In this document: in pieces, positions 1-6,832 of the stretch
Layout: each line of letters starts with the position of its first letter
How positions within the stretch are numbered: the stretch's first letter is position 1
Assembly (NCBI GenBank): GCA_032128375.1
Contig: JAQBGU010000182.1
Coordinates: forward strand, 1-14,716
Direction of reading: 5' to 3'
Source: Deltaproteobacteria bacterium
Lineage (GTDB): Bacteria; Myxococcota_A; UBA9160; SMWR01
DNA: 14,716 bases
Notes under the pieces: generated by a model
Database searches by the model: none
What the model was told of the DNA's origin: nothing
Seen by the model: only the letters and a program-made list of their open reading frames with translations
Position numbers and translations under genes: made by a program

Positions 1-2
1 CC

Positions 3-2546
3 GTCTACCAGGATGGAATCAACATCAACGCGCCCGCGATCCAACTCGGACAGCTATTCGATATCGACACGATCGAGGTGCTGCGAGGGCCTCAGGGGAG
101 CATCAACGGCCGCAACGCGACCGCCGGCGCCATCCTGATCAATTCGGCGCTGCCCGGCGACGAACTCGAAGCGACCGGAAGCTTCTCGTACGGCAACTAC
201 AACAACCTGCAGGGCGAGGCCGCGCTGACGGTTCCGATCATCGAGGACATGCTCTCGTTTCGTTTCGCCGGGACCGCGAACTTCCGCGACGGCACGCTGG
301 AGAATCAGTGTGCGGACTGGGATCCCAGCGAACACGGTTTAGGGTTGGTAGCGGTCGACAGCAACGGCGTCGATCTGCTCGCGCAAAACGGCATCGACCC
401 GGCGATCAGTGCGGCTTCCACGCAACAGATATACGCAGCCTTGAATCCTCACCCGGTGCCTGTGCTGGTCAGGCAGGCGAACCAACCCGCGAGCGCCGCC
501 CGACTCGAATACGTCTACCTCAATGGTGATTTCGCCAAGGAGATCTCCTCTGCCGGCATCTCGACCGGCTCCTTCGACGTGGGTGGTACCGGAAGAAACC
601 CGGAACTCAATCGACTCGTGCTCGGCGAGAACGTTGGAGCCTTCAACGAGGGCCATCGCGTCGCGGTGATGGCGGGCCAGGTATTTCAGTTGGAAGCGTC
701 CGCGGGAGACCAGGTGTGCATCCTCGCTTCGCCTGGTCGGGTCGTGAACCCGCTGGGCGAGGCACAGGGCAACCCGCTCGGACCAGCAGGCGACTACGTG
801 CCGGTCCCAGGGATTCCGGATTTGTCGGACTTCCAGGGTCTGAGCCACAGACTCAACGACATCGACAACTGGGCGGGGCGCGGCATCATGCGCTTCCAGC
901 CGATCGACGGCATGGAGTGGCTCGTCAACGCGCACGGCGGACAGAATCGCGGCGGCTCCAGTCACCTTCAGATGCTCGGCGCCGATGCCCAGCCTGGGGG
1001 TGGCTTCCAAGCGGAATTCGAAAATGGTTTCAGTGAGGGGTCGGCCGCCGGAATCTTGAAAGATGTCGGCGCCAAAGGCTTCGAGGGTGTCACCCGCATC
1101 CGAGGTCTGGATGACAATGGAAACAAGTTGGGGTTGGGCGGGGACGACCCCTACAAGGGCTTCTACAACCGGGACGGAGACGAGATTCTCGATTCTTGGG
1201 GGATCAGCCTTCGGGGGCGGTGGGACCTCGACCCGTTCGTGATCACGCTGCTGGGCGGCTACGAGACCTACGACCGTTTCGTCGAAGACGAAGGCGACGC
1301 GAACCCGCTGGACATCTTCCCGGCGACATACGACGACAGCGCTGAGGAACTCACGACCGAGGTGCGCCTCGAAGGAGATGGAGACGGCTACCGCTGGGGA
1401 CTCGGCGCATTCTATCTGCACGAGCAGCTCGACGCCGTCAACCTGTTTCCCAATGTGCGCCAGACGGTGCTCGAGCAGACTTACGACCAGCTGCTCGAGA
1501 GCTGGTCCGTCTACGGCAACGGGCGCTACTGGATCACTGAAGAAGTCAGTGCGGAAGCGGGCGTCCGCTACAACTCCGAGTTCAAATCGTTCGGCCTCGA
1601 ATCGGTCGCGGTGCCCGTCGATCCCGACGGGTCCCCATTCGAGGAAGTTCCGGCAAGCGTCTCAAAAGACACCTGGACCGCTGTGACCGGGGATTTCACG
1701 CTCTACTACGAGCCGAAGTGGGACGTGCTGGAGTTGATCCACAACGACAGCCTCAACATCTACGCCAAATATGCTCGGGGCTTCAAAGGAGGCCACTTCA
1801 ACGCGTCGACGACCTTTCGCGCCGATGGCAGTGCGATCCCGTCGATCGACCCGGTGCAGCCCGAGTTCATCCACGCGGTCGAGGTGGGCTGGAAATCGAG
1901 CTGGCTGGAAGACCGGCTCGCGATCAGCATCGCCGGCTTCCGCTACTGGTACACGGATCTGCAGGTCTTCGACATCCTCAACGACTTCACATCGCTGCCG
2001 ACTCCGGTGCTGCTCAACAGTGACGCCCGCGTGTGGGGCGCGGAACTCGAGCTCAACATGAGACCATTGCCCGCGCTGCTGGTCCAGATCAGCGGCGGCT
2101 GGCTAAACGCCAGGTTCAAGGACTTCGAAGTCGAAAAAACCTTGAAAGGCCGAACCGCAGGTCAGACTGAGACCGAGACGTTCGACTACGACGGCAACCC
2201 GTTGATTTCCGCTCCGACCTGGAGTCTGTCCAACATCGTCGAGTACACGATTCCGCTGGGACGCTATGGCTCGCTGATTCCACAGTACGATTCCAGCTAC
2301 CGCTCCAAGGTCTACCTCGATCCGTCGAAACAGGATCCGATCTCGCAGGATGCGTACTGGCTCCACAATGCGCGGCTCGCGTACACGACGCCGGGCGGGA
2401 ATATCGAAATCTCGGGTTGGGTGCAGAACTTCTTGAACCAGCAGTACGTCATCGACACGTTCGATGTGTCGCGGGAGTTCAACACGATTCTGCAGGTATT
2501 TGGCGACCCGCGGACCTACGGCATGACGATCACCTACACCTGGTAG
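3..2546 (+). CDS. TonB-dependent outer-membrane receptor (5'-partial; frame is open from the window edge)
   Basis: Frame 3 is open from nt 3 (VYQDGININAPAIQLGQLFDIDTIEVLRGPQGSINGRNATAGAI), the end-of-plug motif D-x-x-x-IEVLRGPQG-x-x-x-GRNA-x-x-GAI. Barrel motifs include YAKYARGFKGGHFN, PE...EVGWKS and GAELELN. The C-terminus is GDPRTYGMTITYTW, with a terminal aromatic. The start at 78 in the ORF track is internal. Confidence 0.95.
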   Translation, partial: VYQDGININAPAIQLGQLFDIDTIEVLRGPQGSINGRNATAGAILINSALPGDELEATGSFSYGNYNNLQGEAALTVPIIEDMLSFRFAGTANFRDGTLENQCADWDPSEHGLGLVAVDSNGVDLLAQNGIDPAISAASTQQIYAALNPHPVPVLVRQANQPASAARLEYVYLNGDFAKEISSAGISTGSFDVGGTGRNPELNRLVLGENVGAFNEGHRVAVMAGQVFQLEASAGDQVCILASPGRVVNPLGEAQGNPLGPAGDYVPVPGIPDLSDFQGLSHRLNDIDNWAGRGIMRFQPIDGMEWLVNAHGGQNRGGSSHLQMLGADAQPGGGFQAEFENGFSEGSAAGILKDVGAKGFEGVTRIRGLDDNGNKLGLGGDDPYKGFYNRDGDEILDSWGISLRGRWDLDPFVITLLGGYETYDRFVEDEGDANPLDIFPATYDDSAEELTTEVRLEGDGDGYRWGLGAFYLHEQLDAVNLFPNVRQTVLEQTYDQLLESWSVYGNGRYWITEEVSAEAGVRYNSEFKSFGLESVAVPVDPDGSPFEEVPASVSKDTWTAVTGDFTLYYEPKWDVLELIHNDSLNIYAKYARGFKGGHFNASTTFRADGSAIPSIDPVQPEFIHAVEVGWKSSWLEDRLAISIAGFRYWYTDLQVFDILNDFTSLPTPVLLNSDARVWGAELELNMRPLPALLVQISGGWLNARFKDFEVEKTLKGRTAGQTETETFDYDGNPLISAPTWSLSNIVEYTIPLGRYGSLIPQYDSSYRSKVYLDPSKQDPISQDAYWLHNARLAYTTPGGNIEISGWVQNFLNQQYVIDTFDVSREFNTILQVFGDPRTYGMTITYTW

Positions 2547-2567
2547 CTGCGTCGATCCCGGGGACGG

Positions 2568-3962
2568 CTACTGCTCGTCTACCGCGTAGCCCAGCGCGCG
2601 GAGCTGCTCGAGTTCCCGCTCGTCGAGCTCGACTTCCGGTGTCGTCTCCCACGGCGGTGTTTTCGCCAGGTACTCGTTCACGGAATTCTGGAGTTTCGAG
2701 AGCATCTCGGGCTCCTCAGCGCTGACGTCGCGCTGTTCCTTGCGGTCGGCACTGCGGCGGTAGAGCTCGCCGGGACCAATCGAGCGCTGAATCAACCGGA
2801 ACGGCCCCTCAGTGACCGACACCATCGGCTGCGCGGTTCGCGAAGGCTGCCCCCAGGTCTGGTCGATGTGCGCGAACGCGGGCGTGCCGTCGGGCGGCGC
2901 CGGCTCTCCGCGCGCTGCGGCCATCACCTCGGGCATTCGCGAGCGACCGTCGGGTTCACGAAGCCCGGGCAGGCCCAGCAGGTCGAGCAGCGTTGGCCAC
3001 AAATCGACGTTTTCTGTCAACGAATCGATCTCGATGCCCGGCTCCAGCCGGAACGGCAGGCTCCATATCAGCGGCGTGGTCGTGACCTCGCCATACACGT
3101 CGCGGGCGTGGCCTTCGCGGCCGTGCTCCCCGAACGCCTCGCCGTGGTCCGCGGCCAGCACGATCAGCGTGTTGTCCCTCAGCCCGCGTGAATCGACTTG
3201 CTGGATCAGGCTCCCGACCACGCGATCGACCCAGCGAATGGAGTTGTCGTAGATGTCCGAATAGCTCGTGCCGAACAGCGCTGTGTCCTCGTCGTAGACG
3301 TACTGGTGGACGTCCATCAGGTGCAAGTAGAGAAACCAGCGCTGGTCGCGGTGCGTGCGCAGAAACTCCGTCGCCGAGGCCACGATGTCCTGGTCGGTGC
3401 CCGACACGCCCACGGTCGGTTTCTCGCGCCGCACGGTCGCAGGGAGCGGAGTCGCTCGCGGACTGTGGTAGACCTCGAAACCCTGCGAGAAGCCGAAGCT
3501 CGGGCTGATCCAGCCGTTGCGCCAGATCCCGGCCGTGCGAAAGCCGGCCTCGGCGAGAATCTCAGCCGGCATCCGCGCCTCTTCCGAGACGGCCTGCGGA
3601 GAGCGGGTCACTCCGGTGCTGGCCGGGTACAGGCCGGTCCACAGCGACGCCATCGAACACTTGGTCCACGACGACTGGGACATCTGGTTTGCGAAGCGAA
3701 TGCCATTCGCCGCCAGCGCATCGATGTTCGGACTGGTGGGGCGCTCGTAGCCGTAACAGGAAAGACGGTCGGCCCGCAGCGTGTCGATCAGGATGAACAG
3801 CAGATTCAGGTCGGGGTCGTCGCGCAGCATCGCGATGTCTTCCACCGCACCGAGCGGTCGGGCATCCCGCCGGATTTCGAGCTGAGACACGACCGTCGCC
3901 GATATCATCAGCGCGGCCGCCACGACGTAGAACCACCTAGACGCGAGTAGCCGCCCCCACAC
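2568..3962 (-). CDS. Sulfatase-like / alkaline-phosphatase-superfamily protein with N-terminal membrane anchor
   Basis: Motifs NLLFILIDTLRADRLSCYGY..PTSPNIDALA..G.RF, WTKCSMASLWTGLYP, FLYLHLMDVH, YDNSIRWVD, ADHGEAFGEHG..GH, DLWPTLLDLLG and C-terminal EQLRALGY. Hydrophobic N-terminus (WFYVVAAALMISATVV). The GTG start is supported by TAGAAT 6 nt upstream. Confidence 0.9.
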   Translation of the reverse strand: MWGRLLASRWFYVVAAALMISATVVSQLEIRRDARPLGAVEDIAMLRDDPDLNLLFILIDTLRADRLSCYGYERPTSPNIDALAANGIRFANQMSQSSWTKCSMASLWTGLYPASTGVTRSPQAVSEEARMPAEILAEAGFRTAGIWRNGWISPSFGFSQGFEVYHSPRATPLPATVRREKPTVGVSGTDQDIVASATEFLRTHRDQRWFLYLHLMDVHQYVYDEDTALFGTSYSDIYDNSIRWVDRVVGSLIQQVDSRGLRDNTLIVLAADHGEAFGEHGREGHARDVYGEVTTTPLIWSLPFRLEPGIEIDSLTENVDLWPTLLDLLGLPGLREPDGRSRMPEVMAAARGEPAPPDGTPAFAHIDQTWGQPSRTAQPMVSVTEGPFRLIQRSIGPGELYRRSADRKEQRDVSAEEPEMLSKLQNSVNEYLAKTPPWETTPEVELDERELEQLRALGYAVDEQ

Positions 3963-3968
3963 GATGCG

Positions 3969-3974
3969 ATTCTA
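3969..3974 (-). promoter_or_regulatory. Putative sigma70 -10 element (TAGAAT) for a leaderless sulfatase-like gene transcript
   Basis: The minus strand reads TAGAAT-CGCATC-GTG(3962). There is no obvious Shine-Dalgarno, and the spacing puts +1 at or near the start codon. Confidence 0.55.
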
Positions 3975-4014
3975 CGCCTACCCCGTGATCCGAAGCAATT
4001 GACCAGATGCATTT

Positions 4015-4053
4015 CGCCCTTCGCTCCGGGCTGCTCACCCGAAGTGAAAGGCG
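4015..4053 (-). terminator. Stem-loop 3' of the PEP-CTERM gene (terminator or mRNA-stabilising hairpin)
   Basis: CGCCCTTCGCTCCGGG (4015-4030) and CCCGAAGTGAAAGGCG (4038-4053). In the minus-strand RNA, 15 of 16 positions pair (two G-U) around a 7-nt loop, about 20 nt after the stop. No U-tract follows. Confidence 0.5.
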
Positions 4054-4074
4054 CCGCGATTCACAGTGTGCGGA

Positions 4075-5406
4075 TCAGCGTCGAGCGCGGAACAACACTC
4101 CGAGTCCGGACAATCCGGCCACCAACACGACCCACTGGCTGGGCTCGGGCACGAACTGCAACCTCAACACGCCGATGCCGCCCGTCTCGAAGTTCGCCGA
4201 CGGCTGGTTCCAGCGGGTGATGACCGGGGTCACGAGCTGAATCGTTCCCTGGCCGATCGACGCACCAGTCGTCGCGCGATTGTCATTGCCCTTTCGCTGC
4301 TGGATGGTGTTGTGCGGTCCGCGGCCCGTCGCGGTCACGGTGACGGTTCCGGTCGTCCACGGGAAGCGGGACCCCTCGACCATGACCGTCGAACCTTGCA
4401 TCAGCTTGGTGTGGTAGTACATCGCCGAATACAGAGCGAAGAAGCCTTTCGTGACCATCCCACCACCGGAGTAGACGGCGCTGTGGCCGATTTCTTCGTA
4501 GCGCCAGTTCTGCTCTCCGAGCGAGCAGCCACCGTTGCGGAAGTAACAGACCTTGGTGGTCAGCTGGCCGAGCAGAGTCATCACGCCGCCAAACTGGTTC
4601 GGACCCTTCTTCACGACGGCCTTGGCAGGAAACGTGCCGCCGATCTTCTTGGCCACGGTGAAGTCGCCCGGCCCGAGGTTCGGCCCGAAAACGCCCGCGC
4701 CGTTGCGAAGGGTCGCATAGGTGTAGCTGTAGAGATACGGGGGGATGTTGTTGAATTCGCCGACGGTCGTGCGCCGGAAGCCGCTGGCGCCACCGGTCGG
4801 TGTCGCGGGTGCAGACCCGAACGAAAACCCGAGAGAGGCGGTCACATTCGCGGTGCCAGAGCCCGTCAGCGGCGCGCCCTTCATGACGGCTCCGCGCAGC
4901 GGGCTGTTGGTCGTCAGCGGAACCGTCGCAGGGCCGGCGGCGACCGTCGTCGTCGCCGAACAGCTGGTGAGCTTGGGTGCACCGAGTGTGGTGAAGAAGA
5001 ACGGGTTGCGATAGCGGACAGCCTTCGACGTGGGCTTCCCAGCCGCCGTCTTGGTCGCACCCTTCGCCGGGCGGGTTGGCGTACCGAAAGCCGCGAGCGG
5101 CGTACACAGGGTACCGATTGCGAAGAACTTACCGCCTATCGCCGAAACCGGCGTTTTCTGGAAAGAACAGCGGGGATTGCCCGGGTTGCACAACTGACCC
5201 TGAGGCATTCCGAAAACCGAAAACAGTGCCGATCCGTCCGTGGCGACCCCGTTGGTCGCGAGGTCATTGCCGAACGCCTCGGCAACCCAGGAACCGTTGT
5301 ACAACTGGACGCCGATCTGCGCGGACGCGGCGATCGGAAATAATAATAATAGGAGAACGAAGAGAACCGCGAGGAAGATTCGAGCGGCCGAAACCTGGGC
5401 TGACAT
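4075..5406 (-). CDS. PEP-CTERM sorting-domain surface protein (443 aa)
   Basis: ATG at 5406 with GGAGG (5421-5417) upstream. Signal peptide MSAQVSAARIFLAVLFVLLLLLFPIAASA. C-terminus VPEPSQWVVLVAGLSGLGVLFRARR has the PEP motif, a transmembrane helix and a basic tail. The body is Gly/Thr-rich. The 5634 start in the ORF track runs through the promoter region. Confidence 0.92.
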   Translation of the reverse strand: MSAQVSAARIFLAVLFVLLLLLFPIAASAQIGVQLYNGSWVAEAFGNDLATNGVATDGSALFSVFGMPQGQLCNPGNPRCSFQKTPVSAIGGKFFAIGTLCTPLAAFGTPTRPAKGATKTAAGKPTSKAVRYRNPFFFTTLGAPKLTSCSATTTVAAGPATVPLTTNSPLRGAVMKGAPLTGSGTANVTASLGFSFGSAPATPTGGASGFRRTTVGEFNNIPPYLYSYTYATLRNGAGVFGPNLGPGDFTVAKKIGGTFPAKAVVKKGPNQFGGVMTLLGQLTTKVCYFRNGGCSLGEQNWRYEEIGHSAVYSGGGMVTKGFFALYSAMYYHTKLMQGSTVMVEGSRFPWTTGTVTVTATGRGPHNTIQQRKGNDNRATTGASIGQGTIQLVTPVITRWNQPSANFETGGIGVLRLQFVPEPSQWVVLVAGLSGLGVLFRARR

Positions 5407-5447
5407 GATCAAAGGTCCTCCGTTGGACGCAGGCAGTGCCCCAGGGC

Positions 5448-5477
5448 ATTGTGACTTCTCGCGGATATCGGAGTCAA
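5448..5477 (-). promoter_or_regulatory. Putative sigma70 promoter of the PEP-CTERM gene
   Basis: Minus strand: TTGACT (5477-5472), 18 nt, CACAAT (5453-5448). An AT-richer tract with two GCAATT copies lies just upstream. This predicts a ~35-nt 5' UTR containing the GGAGG RBS. Confidence 0.5.
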
Positions 5478-5676
5478 CAGGAAATTGCATGTGGAATTGC
5501 GCATGAGGCGCGACCGGGGAAGTTCGCCGTGGCGGCTGCCGCACGATGGGCAGAATTCTGCTCAACTGGCTGAATTTGAATTGAATTCCCGAATCAATTT
5601 TTGTGGACTTCCGAGCTCCGACGACGATCCCCAAGTCGAGCCGCGATGCGGGTCGCCGTGTACGATGGGACCCGCC

Positions 5677-6810
5677 ATGAAACCCGGCTGGATCATTCTC
5701 TCGATTGGGGCGCTCGCCGCAGCATTCGCTGTGGGGCGGCTGTCCGCTCCACCGGCTGCGGAAGAAGCTTTCGAGCTGGCCTCATTTCGTCGCGCGGTCG
5801 AAGACCCGGATTGGCTGAGCCGAACACACGGCCTGACCCGCTTCCTGCGGGGTTTGTCGCCGCAGAACCTGCCGGCAGCACTGGAAGCTCTCGAGCCCCA
5901 ACTCGCCTGGCTCACGACCGACGAGTTGCGTCTGTTCATGCTGGCCTGGTCGCGGTTCGACCCGCAGGCTGCTTTCGACCGCGCCATGCATTGGCCACCC
6001 CAGTATCGCAGAAACGGGGCCGGCGCCGCCTTGTATGCATGGGCATTTCGAGATCCGCAGGCTGCACTCGAGGCGATGAAGAACGCCAACGTTCCAGAAT
6101 TCGACGAATTCCTCGAGGCGCGGCTGATCGCCGGTTGGACACATGGCGAACACATCGACACTGCCATTTCGTACATCGCGCTGCTTCCGCAGAACCCGCA
6201 GAGATTCGCGTACGTGGGTACCCTGGCGTGGGAACTGTCGAAGCGCGGCCCCGAGGCGGTCATGAACTGGGCAGACGAGGCGCCGGCCGTGTTGCCGCGC
6301 TATCGGGCGGCCGCCTTCCTCAAGGCGGCGAGCACACTGGCACCGATCGACGCGCCGGCCACAGCCCGCTGGCTCGCGGGCCACATGAATCAGGACTACG
6401 CGGACGGGGCGCTGCGCGTGGTCGCCCGCAGTTGGGCGGCGACCGATCCGCTGGCCGCGATGGAATGGCTGTCGGCGCTGCCCGCCGGGGCGCAACGCAC
6501 CGGCAGCATCGCGAACGCGTTTCGCGTCTGGCACGACCGTTCGCCCGAGCGCGCGGAATCCTGGCTGCGCGACGCCACACCCTCGAACGCGCTCGACCCC
6601 GCAGTACGGGTCATGGTGGGAAGGTCGCGTCATTCGTCGCCGCGAAAAGCGATCGATTGGGCGAAGGCGATCGCGGACCCGGCGCGCAGGGCGGGCGTTC
6701 TCGCCGGTCTCGAGCGCGGTTCGGCGGCGGATTCCGTCGACGAGCAGTCTTGGCTCGATGAAGAGCAAGCAGAGCCAGGCGACGAAGACGCGTCGACTCC
6801 GACTCCGTGA
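5677..6810 (+). CDS. Hypothetical membrane-anchored/exported alpha-helical repeat protein (377 aa)
   Basis: N-terminus MKPGWIILSIGALAAAFAVGRL (basic then hydrophobic). About eight 31-34-aa repeats of the W-x3-DP-x-AA-x2-W type and an acidic C-terminal tail. Alternative ATG at 5665. The 5485 start in the ORF track lies in the intergenic region. Confidence 0.75.
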   Translation: MKPGWIILSIGALAAAFAVGRLSAPPAAEEAFELASFRRAVEDPDWLSRTHGLTRFLRGLSPQNLPAALEALEPQLAWLTTDELRLFMLAWSRFDPQAAFDRAMHWPPQYRRNGAGAALYAWAFRDPQAALEAMKNANVPEFDEFLEARLIAGWTHGEHIDTAISYIALLPQNPQRFAYVGTLAWELSKRGPEAVMNWADEAPAVLPRYRAAAFLKAASTLAPIDAPATARWLAGHMNQDYADGALRVVARSWAATDPLAAMEWLSALPAGAQRTGSIANAFRVWHDRSPERAESWLRDATPSNALDPAVRVMVGRSRHSSPRKAIDWAKAIADPARRAGVLAGLERGSAADSVDEQSWLDEEQAEPGDEDASTPTP

Positions 6811-6832
6811 ACGCCAGGCGAAACTCGCGGCG

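Noticed and set aside
339..1421. Long antisense or alternative-frame ORFs (e.g. 339-1421 -, 4066-5343 +, 5601-6761 +, 5782-6948 -, 7361-8620 +, 12081-13253 +)
   Set aside because: They are shadows of well-supported genes, Arg/Ala/Pro-rich or mirror-codon in composition, with no motifs.
2543..2571. Hairpin GTAGC..CGTC / GACG-GCTAC between the convergent TBDR and sulfatase-like stops as a bidirectional terminator
   Set aside because: The stem is short and interrupted with no U-tract on either strand, and part of the symmetry is just the two TAG stops.
5428..5443. GG-N10-GC sigma54-like site upstream of the PEP-CTERM gene (minus strand TGGGGCACTGCCTGCG)
   Set aside because: Poor match to TGGCAC-N5-TTGC, and it would place the TSS inside the RBS. 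The sigma70-like promoter fits better.
5407..5676. Upstream extensions of the 519-aa (-) and 441-aa (+) ORFs overlapping each other
   Set aside because: Signal-peptide-like N-termini begin at 5406 (with GGAGG RBS) and 5677. The interval is AT-richer and looks like a divergent promoter region.
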